44,255 nucleotides of DNA from an uncultured Spirochaetia bacterium. Lineage in GTDB: Bacteria; Spirochaetota; UBA6919; CAYPZJ01. Positions 18,894 to 27,661 of this stretch are shown here, one piece after another. The stretch lies in NCBI GenBank assembly GCA_964414635.1, contig CAYPZJ010000001.1:1-44255 (forward strand), written 5' to 3'. Both the position numbers and the translations under genes were made by a program. The notes under the pieces are model-generated. The model was not told the origin of the DNA and did no database searches. It was given only the letters and a program-made list of their open reading frames with translations. Every line of letters starts with the position of its first letter. Position 1 is the first letter of the stretch.

Positions 18894-20726
18894 TTAAGGC
18901 AGGCTATTTGCTTTGCGCGGAGTTGCTCGTGTGTTGAGTTCATAGCCGGGAGCGATATATTGGGGATCGGTGGTAGTGCAGCGGTGCCAACTTGCAGGAT
19001 CCGTACCATCGCCTGGATTGGTTGGATTCCGTTCCATCGAATAGGAGATGCCACCCTCATAGCCACCTTTTGTAAGGGGGATATTCGTACCATTCCATGC
19101 TTCATCCACAATTTGTCCCAACGAGTTCTTTAACGTAATATGAGCATCAAACGGATTCACGGGTATAGATACATCATCCTCATCATCATCTTCTTCAATA
19201 GGAGGAGGGGACAGTTTGATATAATCGAGGTTGTTTGTATAACCATTCAGAAAAAAGTCATTTTCTGGGAACGCATTTGCCAGAATAGCATCATTCTCTC
19301 CAATATGAGGCTCTGTGATCAAAAAATATCCATTGGGTGGGATTATCGTACCTTCAACAAATCCAATATGATTCCATTTGGGATGATTGGGATATCCTGT
19401 AATACCATCGATGACCCAGTAGGCTAAATCAATTTCCTGATCGGTCATATTTCGAAGTTCGATAAACTCATTTTCCCCAAACGGTCCTGGGTAGTGGGAA
19501 CCATCTGCATGGGTAATGGGTCCCAATCCATCATCCGAAACAGGTCCTGCCCAGAATACTTCATTAATGATAACTTCGCCTGGTTGCGATTTGGTGCCCG
19601 GAAAATCATCCCCATTTTTCCATTGGTGATTCCAATTCTCAACAAATAAATCAGCTGCCCTTTGGCTATGGATAATCGTTAAGACCTCGTCGTTATTAAA
19701 ATTTGCATTATTGGACCAATTAAACGACCCTGTTAATACCTTCGCATGATCGGTACCCGCATCCACAATCATAGTCTTATTATGCAAGCGTCCACCACCA
19801 CCTTGCCAGTCCCCATATACATACGTGTTTTCATTTCCATCCATACGAATTTGCAGGTTTCCATTGGTTTCCTGAAGTGCACTAATTAACCGAAATACTT
19901 CTACATGCATACTGTGCGTTAACTGGGATCGATCCAGCACCCCACGTACTTGTACGCCTCGTTTGGCTGCTTGAATCATCAGCTCACCCATTTCCGATTT
20001 TGTAAACGCAAAAATCATAAAGTATACATTATCCGTAGCCTCTTGAAGCGCTTTGTAAAACTTAGTAATCGGTGCTTCATGAGGTGAAAAATATACTTCC
20101 ACACGGGTATCGCCTACTTGAAAAACATTCAGGTTATCCGTAAGGGTTTTTGAATGCCCGAATTTCCCATTAAACATCTGTTCGAACTCCCGGGTGAAAT
20201 CCGCCGCTACATCCCGATCATAAATAATCATAGCATTGTTATCATTGTGTTCCATTCCACTGGTTGTAATGTTAGATGTGCCTGTAAATACCACCCGATT
20301 ATCTGCAATCAAAAATTTATTATGCATAATACTTGGATTATTCCCACTTACACTGGGGATATCATTTTCTACCAACGCTAGGTATCCAGCATGACGAGAT
20401 TGTTTATAGGTAATGGAACCCACATGCCGGCATCGAACTCCTCGTTTGTGTGCGCTAATAATCGCATCAATAATCGCAGGATGATAGAACCCGTAAAAGG
20501 CAAAATCTAACGTCTTTTGTGCATTATTAATGATTTTAATTAATCCATCATCCATTAACGAATCGGTACCGTTATATTGTGTGGTATTGGGACTGTTGAA
20601 ATAATACTCGATATATTCAGGTTCAGTATTCATTTCACCAATAGGATTCCAAGTACAGGATGAAAACCCCAAACCGAGTAGTTGAATCACCAGGATAATC
20701 AGAATAAAAATGCGGTATTTAGCCAT
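18894..20726 (-). CDS. Exported phospholipase-D-superfamily enzyme (two intact HKD motifs) fused to a C-terminal lamin tail domain (LTD)
   Basis: Lipobox 'LGLGFSSC'. HKD1 is 'HNKFLIADNRVVFTGTSNIT' (His codon ~20322-20324). HKD2 is 'HNKTMIVDAGTDHAKVLTGSFNWSNNA' (His codon ~19782-19784). The LTD covers ~18900-19590 ('VIINEVFWAG...NEFIELRN...DLAYWVI'). The ATG at 20726 has GGAGA 6 nt upstream. Confidence 0.85.
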   Translation of the reverse strand: MAKYRIFILIILVIQLLGLGFSSCTWNPIGEMNTEPEYIEYYFNSPNTTQYNGTDSLMDDGLIKIINNAQKTLDFAFYGFYHPAIIDAIISAHKRGVRCRHVGSITYKQSRHAGYLALVENDIPSVSGNNPSIMHNKFLIADNRVVFTGTSNITTSGMEHNDNNAMIIYDRDVAADFTREFEQMFNGKFGHSKTLTDNLNVFQVGDTRVEVYFSPHEAPITKFYKALQEATDNVYFMIFAFTKSEMGELMIQAAKRGVQVRGVLDRSQLTHSMHVEVFRLISALQETNGNLQIRMDGNENTYVYGDWQGGGGRLHNKTMIVDAGTDHAKVLTGSFNWSNNANFNNDEVLTIIHSQRAADLFVENWNHQWKNGDDFPGTKSQPGEVIINEVFWAGPVSDDGLGPITHADGSHYPGPFGENEFIELRNMTDQEIDLAYWVIDGITGYPNHPKWNHIGFVEGTIIPPNGYFLITEPHIGENDAILANAFPENDFFLNGYTNNLDYIKLSPPPIEEDDDEDDVSIPVNPFDAHITLKNSLGQIVDEAWNGTNIPLTKGGYEGGISYSMERNPTNPGDGTDPASWHRCTTTDPQYIAPGYELNTRATPRKANSLP

Positions 20727-20773
20727 TTCATATCTCCACATTGCAAGCTGGGATGGATTACTCCCTCATTGAA

Positions 20774-21982
20774 TCAGGGAATGGGATTTGTAGTTGGCGA
20801 ACCCCAAATTCCATCGAATACAATAAATTTAAAAAAATCGGAAAAATATTTCGTATGATTCGTTCCATTGGGATGTAACCTTCGAATAATTATCAGAGTA
20901 CTATCCCCAAAATCCACCCAATTATCAAATTGAGCATCGTGATATACTTCAGTAAACCCATTCGAATATATACAAATAGTTTCACGATCCAAGGCTTCAT
21001 CAATGATAAGTACGTTGCCCCCGATCCGAGAAGCAGGATCATCATATATTTGCACCGAACCCAGAAACTCATCTCGAAATCGTGCACCAAGGGTTGCATC
21101 AAGTCCATCTGCATTCACAATCCCCATAACTGTAAATGGGTATACCGGATCCGTTTGCCCTGTGGGGATGTAAGAAAATGTCCGCTTATAATGCAACGCA
21201 TCATACAATGCAGCGTCACTAAACGAAGAAGCAAGAAAATGAACCGATTGTTCTGCCCGATACACTTCTTTAATAAGCTCAGACATGGGGAATTCCTGGG
21301 GTCCAAAATAAAGGGTCACTTCAAAATCATGCGTCTGATACGTGTAGTAGGTATTTCCTGCTTTTAAGGGTGCGCTATCGTACGGTGCCCAGGCTTCACC
21401 AAATACGCCATGAACCAGTTGATTAAACTCCTGATCAAAATCTTCAGCGATTTTTTCGGAATAGATATCTAATCCAAAAGTATGCGTCGTATTAAAATCC
21501 CACCATGTCACCGGAGACCCAGCGATCCAGGTATACATTTCATCAATAATACAAAAATTATGAGACATATCACTCGTATACGTTCCTCGTGTCTTACCAT
21601 CCCCAAATGTACAAGGGATTCCCGCACTTAACAATTGTACCGAACTATAGTCACCTGAATAATCAATATCTGAAACGTATTCAACCTGTACACCACGGTT
21701 CTGTGCTTGAATCATAGCATCCGCAATAGCCGGAAAATCAAACCTGGAAAAGGCACATTTGACCGTGCGTTCAGACTGGTTGATATGTTCTATTAATTTT
21801 TCATCCATGAGGTTAGGATAGGAACCAGGCATCGCAAAATATCCTTCTAAAAAGGCAAGGTAATGGTCAGGTGTACTTTGAAAATTGTTGTTCCAGGAAC
21901 ATGCACTAGCAAGGATACTACTGCATAATAGCATGATTCCAATCCGTAAGATTTTATATCGCTCGTTCTTAGGCATAATCAT
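20774..21982 (-). CDS. PLD-like lipoprotein with both HKD motifs degenerate (predicted pseudoenzyme)
   Basis: Lipobox 'ILASAC'. It is collinear with the PLD part of 18894-20726 (e.g. 'FPAIADAMIQAQNRGVQV' vs 'HPAIIDAIISAHKRGVRC' and 'IAEDFDQEFNQLVHGVFG' vs 'VAADFTREFEQMFNGKFG'). Motif 1 reads 'HNFCIIDEMYTWIAGSPVT', so Lys and Asn are lost. Motif 2 reads 'GGNVLIIDEAL', so His and Lys are lost. Confidence 0.8.
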   Translation of the reverse strand: MIMPKNERYKILRIGIMLLCSSILASACSWNNNFQSTPDHYLAFLEGYFAMPGSYPNLMDEKLIEHINQSERTVKCAFSRFDFPAIADAMIQAQNRGVQVEYVSDIDYSGDYSSVQLLSAGIPCTFGDGKTRGTYTSDMSHNFCIIDEMYTWIAGSPVTWWDFNTTHTFGLDIYSEKIAEDFDQEFNQLVHGVFGEAWAPYDSAPLKAGNTYYTYQTHDFEVTLYFGPQEFPMSELIKEVYRAEQSVHFLASSFSDAALYDALHYKRTFSYIPTGQTDPVYPFTVMGIVNADGLDATLGARFRDEFLGSVQIYDDPASRIGGNVLIIDEALDRETICIYSNGFTEVYHDAQFDNWVDFGDSTLIIIRRLHPNGTNHTKYFSDFFKFIVFDGIWGSPTTNPIP

Positions 21983-22019
21983 ATCATCCTATTGTTTTCT
22001 GAAGTTATTCCCAAAAAAA

Positions 22020-22706
22020 TTAATATTGCGATTGACACGGTTCACCCGGGGAAGCAAAGGTACGGGTACGATATCCCTCAGCAACATGCACGCCGGTATG
22101 GGAAGCACTATAGGTATACCAGCTGGATACACTCACGCCATCGCTGGTGAAATAATCCTGATCCCGTTCCATGGATCGAGCCGTATACCCATCGGTAGAA
22201 CCACCCATCGGAAGTTGATCACTGATTCCTACTGGTTCCCCTAGCTGTTTATAAGCACTCCAAATGGTTATTCTAAAATATCGATCCGGAATTGTAAGAT
22301 GGGGTAAGGCTACATGGAGAACATCTGTAAGGGGGAAAGCATGATTCGTATTATTGGCAACAATGAAAAAGGCATCGGGATAGAGGATAAAATCCGGGTT
22401 TTGAGGGATAACAACCGTTTTGCGGACAACTCCTTCGAAAGTAAAATACCAGCCAGACATATTTACTGGTATTTCTGTTTGATTTTGGATTTCAATGAAG
22501 TCATCATCGGGATAATAGGTTCCTGCATCATCGTAAGAACCTGCCCACATCACTTCGGAGATAATAATCCCTCCCCGATCAGCAAATCCCCCTAAATTAT
22601 TTTCATAGAAGGAGGTGTATGGATCTTCATCCCAAGTGCATCCTATCATTGCCCAAATTACCAATCCGAGCACGCCAATGAGGATTTGTATTGTTTGTTT
22701 TCCCAT
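22020..22706 (-). CDS. Stand-alone lamin-tail-domain (LTD) lipoprotein
   Basis: GGAAGGGGG SD and lipobox 'AMIGC'. 'IIISEVMWAGSYDD...DDFIEIQNQTEIPVNMSGWYF' aligns with the LTD of 18894-20726. Confidence 0.8.
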   Translation of the reverse strand: MGKQTIQILIGVLGLVIWAMIGCTWDEDPYTSFYENNLGGFADRGGIIISEVMWAGSYDDAGTYYPDDDFIEIQNQTEIPVNMSGWYFTFEGVVRKTVVIPQNPDFILYPDAFFIVANNTNHAFPLTDVLHVALPHLTIPDRYFRITIWSAYKQLGEPVGISDQLPMGGSTDGYTARSMERDQDYFTSDGVSVSSWYTYSASHTGVHVAEGYRTRTFASPGEPCQSQY

Positions 22707-22724
22707 GTTTTCTGCCCCCTTCCG

Positions 22725-24377
22725 TTAGAATTTGACCATGGTACCTAATTCAAGGGACATCGTTGGAGCAGTACCTCCAAATGCGGTTCCGGTATCCGCA
22801 TGAGGATCGGTTCCTCCCGCTAATTCCGTAATTTCAATTTCATAGTATGATCCTGGAAAAAACATCCCTGCTCGAATAAACATATCCCATTCTTGTTCCA
22901 TATCCGGTTTAGTCAGGTGGAATAATACTTCCACGTCCCATTCAAAACCTAGCATTTTTCCGAATCGTTCCTGGGCTTCTATTTCTTCTGCACTCATCCA
23001 ATCGTTGGATGCTATATTGGAAAAGTCAAGAATATCTGTAGCATTAGTATCCCAATACAACCAACCCGCTGCATTTATTGTTAATTGATGAAAGGGACTA
23101 AATCCAGCTCCCAAATTAATAAAAAATGTCCCGCTTTTGCGATTATATCGTTGTGGTGTGTTATCAATCCCATCGTCATCAGTATATGCGCTAGGGTGAA
23201 ACCCGTTTAGTTTATTCACAATAAAACCACCCATTTGACTTCCTTTAAAGGAAACAAATCCATTTCGTGTCATATATCCATCCCCACGGTAATGTCCGCC
23301 AGAAGCATACCAACCATTAAGCCAGGCATCTAAGCTTATGCGTTTGCTTAATCTTATGCTAGCTTCGCCCCCCAGATTTATTGCAAACCCCAAATTATCC
23401 ACAATAGGTGCTCCATAGGCTCGTTGATCCACACCATAGGAAAAAGCCGCATCCAGAAATGCTTTGATATCATAGGTGTTTTCTTGTTGGAATTTGGCAA
23501 TCCCACGAATCCCGCCCATTGTGGAGTAATCATCATCCCCAAAATTCGCAATCTGTCCATTAATACTACGATCGGAGCCTCCGCCTGGTAGCGCACCAAA
23601 TTTTGCGAAGAAAAAATAGGCTTTCATATCCAAAAAGGAAACCAACTTCTGATCGCTTTCAAAAATAGCCCCCATCCGCAATGTATTCACATCCCCGCGC
23701 ATTCCAATATCTTCGTTTTCCCGATGGGTATGGATTCTCAGATAATCATAAGGAGAAACATCAACTCCCATACCAAACAAATCGAATGCCAGCACTCGGA
23801 TAGAAAATTTCTGGATCACATCGAATTGGAGTACGACCGCATCCAACACGTCTTTTAACATATAATCATGACTCATTCCACCAATTTGGAAAAATTGTCG
23901 CCCTATCTTTATATTGAATAGAAAATTAGGTTGTTCTACCAGATCCCCTTCGATATATAAATTCAGGAAATTAAGCAAGGCACCGCCCATGCCCTCGGAA
24001 GAGCTGGACAGTTGATCTTTCCCCCAGAAACCAGATTGAGCAAGATTCATATGAAATTTCATATTATAAAATTCTGGGATTAATAAACCAAAATTCAACT
24101 GTACCCCTTCCAATACAACCATCGTTGCATCATCGGTATCAAATATGGTATCATCGGATTCTTCATCTGTTGGCGTGAAATCACGATTATTAAACAGAAT
24201 TCCGTGGGTTTCAAAACTTAGATCGAGGATTAAGCGATCACTTAAAAACCCGCCAGCAAAAGATTGATCGGGGTTTGTATCCATCGTGGTTGTTAAATCA
24301 TCGGATTGATCGGCATACACCACAAGTACGGGAATCATCAGAAGAAGGGTTGTGAAGAGAGTCACAATCAATTTCAT
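22725..24377 (-). CDS. Outer-membrane beta-barrel (porin-like) protein
   Basis: Signal peptide MKLIVTLFTTLLLMIPVLVVYA/DQ (ATG at 24377 with AAGGAA upstream; the track start at 24395 is TTG). It has alternating amphipathic beta-strand character, is rich in Gly and aromatic residues, and ends in the terminal beta-signal '...LELGTMVKF'. The family is not assignable by eye. Confidence 0.7.
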   Translation of the reverse strand: MKLIVTLFTTLLLMIPVLVVYADQSDDLTTTMDTNPDQSFAGGFLSDRLILDLSFETHGILFNNRDFTPTDEESDDTIFDTDDATMVVLEGVQLNFGLLIPEFYNMKFHMNLAQSGFWGKDQLSSSSEGMGGALLNFLNLYIEGDLVEQPNFLFNIKIGRQFFQIGGMSHDYMLKDVLDAVVLQFDVIQKFSIRVLAFDLFGMGVDVSPYDYLRIHTHRENEDIGMRGDVNTLRMGAIFESDQKLVSFLDMKAYFFFAKFGALPGGGSDRSINGQIANFGDDDYSTMGGIRGIAKFQQENTYDIKAFLDAAFSYGVDQRAYGAPIVDNLGFAINLGGEASIRLSKRISLDAWLNGWYASGGHYRGDGYMTRNGFVSFKGSQMGGFIVNKLNGFHPSAYTDDDGIDNTPQRYNRKSGTFFINLGAGFSPFHQLTINAAGWLYWDTNATDILDFSNIASNDWMSAEEIEAQERFGKMLGFEWDVEVLFHLTKPDMEQEWDMFIRAGMFFPGSYYEIEITELAGGTDPHADTGTAFGGTAPTMSLELGTMVKF

Positions 24378-24525
24378 AGCTTCATTCCTTTTCAAAGTTA
24401 CATTCTGTAGCCTTAGCCACAGTAATAGCAGGTGATGGGTTTATTTATAGTAATGTGCGACAAAGCCACACGATTTTCTTTATCAGAATACTCTATCATA
24501 AGTTGTATGGATCTACTACAAACCC

Positions 24526-25743
24526 CTATCTTTTAGCATAGGCATAACTTGCAGGTGATACCTGGTAACTAATATTATCTGGATCTACATCTCCAGGTAT
24601 ATCGGGGTCCGGTTCTAAAACAAAGGCTGCATACGTATAGGCGATCCCTGCGACAGCTAACGTATCGGTATGCGCCGCACCAGTACCCTGATAAATACGC
24701 ATTCCATCAGCAGGACTTGTAGGAATCCTTTCAGTAGATTCGTTGCGCATAATCACAATGTTTAACCCCGTTGGATTACTCCAGGAAAGGCTAATACCAC
24801 TTGCATCGCTCGTTGCAGTAAAAGATGGAATTTTTGGAAATACGGGTTTTATAATTTGGAGTTGATCTGCAGAATAATAAATAAATCCAATATCGCTGTA
24901 GCTAATATACCCAGGACCAGTAAAAATTACCTGGGTACCCAACTCCATTGGTAATTGGATGCGCCCGGTATCATAATCCAATAATAACTTCCAGGAGGTC
25001 CCATCCACTTCTCGAATGGTATTCAAAGCAAACGTATCATCGGATGAAGCTACTGCGGTGACAAATCCTGTGATACGAAATACTTTGTTTATGAAAATCG
25101 TCAGATCCTTAGAAGTATCCCAAAATGGTTTTGCAAGTTCGGTTGCTAAATCCGAAACCATTTGATCTGTCATAACTTGGTATGACACAGGATTTAAGGT
25201 GCCATTGGGGGTAATCCGTCCGTGATTGGTTACTATTTCCCATTCCAAGACGATAGGGACATCATAACTTTTACGAGCTAGTGTCACATGCATATCAATG
25301 CGATCACCCGGCCATACATTCGCATCAATCATATTTTTAGTTAATACCATTAGACCAGCCTGGGAATCCTGCATCCAGAAGCATCCATAGTGGCGAATAT
25401 CTCCCCATGCGTCCATGGGTGCGCTATCATACATATATTTATAATAATAGGTTGGATAGGAAGTGACGGTTCCGCTAATCATAATATCCACAGGAGTTTC
25501 AAAATAGCTGTTGAAGCTGTTGATTAAAGTGCGAATATTTCCATCTTCCGTATAGGGTTGATTGGTAAAAACCACATCCAAACCAACAGAGGAAGCAGGG
25601 GGATTCGGTACAATAGAATCACCATTCGGAACGGTACATCCTATACAACAGACGATTATCCCAAGTAAGATTATCATATAAATTCCTGAGAACACGTTTT
25701 TGAACGGGGTTGTTGGGGTAATGGGTTTTAATACGGGTTGCAT
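24526..25743 (-). CDS. Surface lipoprotein with C-terminal FN3-like domain
   Basis: GAGGAAA SD and lipobox 'CCIGC'. The ~250-aa N-terminal domain is unrecognised. The C-terminal 'ISLSWSNPTGLNIVIMRNES...PADGMRIYQGTG...YTYAAFV' has the same FN3 flavour as one module of the giant protein. Confidence 0.7.
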   Translation of the reverse strand: MQPVLKPITPTTPFKNVFSGIYMIILLGIIVCCIGCTVPNGDSIVPNPPASSVGLDVVFTNQPYTEDGNIRTLINSFNSYFETPVDIMISGTVTSYPTYYYKYMYDSAPMDAWGDIRHYGCFWMQDSQAGLMVLTKNMIDANVWPGDRIDMHVTLARKSYDVPIVLEWEIVTNHGRITPNGTLNPVSYQVMTDQMVSDLATELAKPFWDTSKDLTIFINKVFRITGFVTAVASSDDTFALNTIREVDGTSWKLLLDYDTGRIQLPMELGTQVIFTGPGYISYSDIGFIYYSADQLQIIKPVFPKIPSFTATSDASGISLSWSNPTGLNIVIMRNESTERIPTSPADGMRIYQGTGAAHTDTLAVAGIAYTYAAFVLEPDPDIPGDVDPDNISYQVSPASYAYAKR

Positions 25744-26167
25744 AGGGTTTCCTCTAGTTAAGCTGCGTACGCTGCTTGGAAGAAGCTAAATACTAAATAC
25801 GGTGTATTTTATAGAGAATAAAAACCAATATGGGGCTCATAATAGTTCTAATCATACATAGGCACGGATTTCTTGGAATTGATTTGGATACAACCAATTC
25901 TATGATCCGACCCTTCCCCTATATCGTACTCATTCAGATCCTATGATGTGTGTTAAGACGTGTATTAAACACGTTGTTATAATGCTCGAACACCATCCCA
26001 AAATACAAAGTAGTATGAGCTGTGTTTGAACCGTACGATGAAATCAGTTGTTTTGATCCGATATGTAATTTGATATTTCAACCAATTCAACGGCAATAAG
26101 GTAAGAAAAAAAAAGAAAATGGAACATTAAGAAATGATAAATCCCATTCATGAAAATAACCTGTCTT

Positions 26168-27661
26168 TCAAAAATCAGTGATTTTTGATACCCATTCTGG
26201 GTGATCAACAAATGGATTCCGATTCCCTTGTAGTTCAAATATGGTATCATTTCGAGTACGCTCTTCATCCGATACGGGAAATGTTGTATGCCATGTTTTA
26301 AGTGTGGTTTCCATTTGGTTTGTGATGTGGTATGTATCATATCCCCAATTTTGGGTATCAAAATTGACATTACCATGATACCGCGTACTAATATAGAAAT
26401 GCGCTCGAGCTACGACTCCTTTATGCTCATCACGAGGTTCAAACACAGTACCCGGATAATCGCCGGTACCTTTTTTACTTCCACCATTTTCCCATGTGAT
26501 GCCACCGGTTACAACTCCAAATGGATTGGTGAACCGTTGGAGGTTCGCATCTGACCATGCAGGAAATAAATGATGTAAATCAGTTTTCGCAGTTTCCCAT
26601 TCATCATAGGAGGATTGAGGCCAAGTATGCTCGCAATTATAATCCGTACTAAGAATTTGCCCGGTATATACACATTCAATGGTTCCAGGACTTCCTTCTG
26701 CAAATATGGTTTGATACATATGCTGTCGAACCGTTGTGTAATCCATAACCACATGATCATCAATTAATGCTTGTAATTCCAGGATAAACGCTTCATCGGA
26801 TAAACTGGTATTCACATCCTGATAATAAGCAATAACCGGGTCAACCCATGTTCCCGTTGTAAAACCAAGCGTATGAATATACGGTTCGGAAAGTGGTTCA
26901 TGAAGAGAAGTGGTAACTGCAGCAAGTACCTTTATTTTATACGTTGTATTATCCTGCAAACGATTTGTAGGGGTAAGAATAAATTCTTTATTCAAATTTT
27001 GAGCTTGAGGCGGAGCTGAAAAGGTGACACAGCTACTAAAATTATCAGAAGAAAGCTGCACATTCCCTGTACAGGCTGTATCCATGGTATTTACAGTCAT
27101 GGTGGAGATATTCATCTCCCGATTAAATGTGAGTTTGATTTTTAAATCGGGAAACACATCTGTTTCTCCATCGGAAGGATCTGTGGCAATAACTGTAGGA
27201 GACCCTCCAGATCCCCCTATGGTAGTAAACCCGGTTGGGGTAATATAATCCTCACTCAATCGAATCCCTTTGACACTCACCACTCCCGTTGTAACTTTTA
27301 TCTGATAGGTGATTCCAGCTTGAAGGGATACTTTGGGTTGAAGAGAGTAATGATAATCATCAAATACTTGTGGTTGTTGAGTCATGGGAACGCAGGTAGT
27401 AAATCCATCTGCAGATACTTGGATGGTTCCTGTGCATTCATAGGTGTCAATGTTGGTTGTCATCGTTGTAGGGTCAACAATATGACTAAGCGACACAATA
27501 ATCTCCGTATCCAGCGCAACGTCGGTAGCACCATCGGTTGGAGAAAGATAGCCTACATAGAATGGATTCGGTTCATCCTGACAACGAAGGGTCAATCCCA
27601 TGCTAATCAGTAATAGGATTAGTCCTGAAGCTATATATTTTCCACTCATCATTTTAAACAT
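26168..27661 (-). CDS. Exported endonuclease I-family nuclease with two N-terminal SbsA-type Ig-like domains
   Basis: The C-terminal ~230 aa carry endonuclease I motifs: 'NCEHTWPQS', 'DLHHLFPAWSDANLQRFTNPFG', 'FEPRDEHKGVVARAHFYISTRY' and 'GNRNPFVDHPEW'. AAGGAG lies 9 nt upstream of the ATG at 27661; the track start at 27679 has no SD. A hydrophobic signal peptide is present. Confidence 0.88.
   Translation of the reverse strand: MFKMMSGKYIASGLILLLISMGLTLRCQDEPNPFYVGYLSPTDGATDVALDTEIIVSLSHIVDPTTMTTNIDTYECTGTIQVSADGFTTCVPMTQQPQVFDDYHYSLQPKVSLQAGITYQIKVTTGVVSVKGIRLSEDYITPTGFTTIGGSGGSPTVIATDPSDGETDVFPDLKIKLTFNREMNISTMTVNTMDTACTGNVQLSSDNFSSCVTFSAPPQAQNLNKEFILTPTNRLQDNTTYKIKVLAAVTTSLHEPLSEPYIHTLGFTTGTWVDPVIAYYQDVNTSLSDEAFILELQALIDDHVVMDYTTVRQHMYQTIFAEGSPGTIECVYTGQILSTDYNCEHTWPQSSYDEWETAKTDLHHLFPAWSDANLQRFTNPFGVVTGGITWENGGSKKGTGDYPGTVFEPRDEHKGVVARAHFYISTRYHGNVNFDTQNWGYDTYHITNQMETTLKTWHTTFPVSDEERTRNDTIFELQGNRNPFVDHPEWVSKITDF

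Noticed and set aside
20930-21367. 145-aa plus-strand ORF antisense to the PLD-like gene
   Set aside because: The opposite strand encodes a protein collinear with its paralog. The antisense ORF has no motifs.
26104-26148. Possible intrinsic terminator after the endonuclease gene, plus a similar candidate after asnB at 37175-37206
   Set aside because: T-runs are present on the minus strand, but the preceding stems are only 5-6 bp, AT-rich, and in one case have a 21-nt loop. They are too weak to call without folding energies or Term-seq.
26044-26376. 110-aa minus-strand ORF overlapping the 3' end of the endonuclease I gene
   Set aside because: It is out of frame with, and overlaps, the conserved catalytic-domain coding sequence. 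Its composition is low-complexity and AT-rich.
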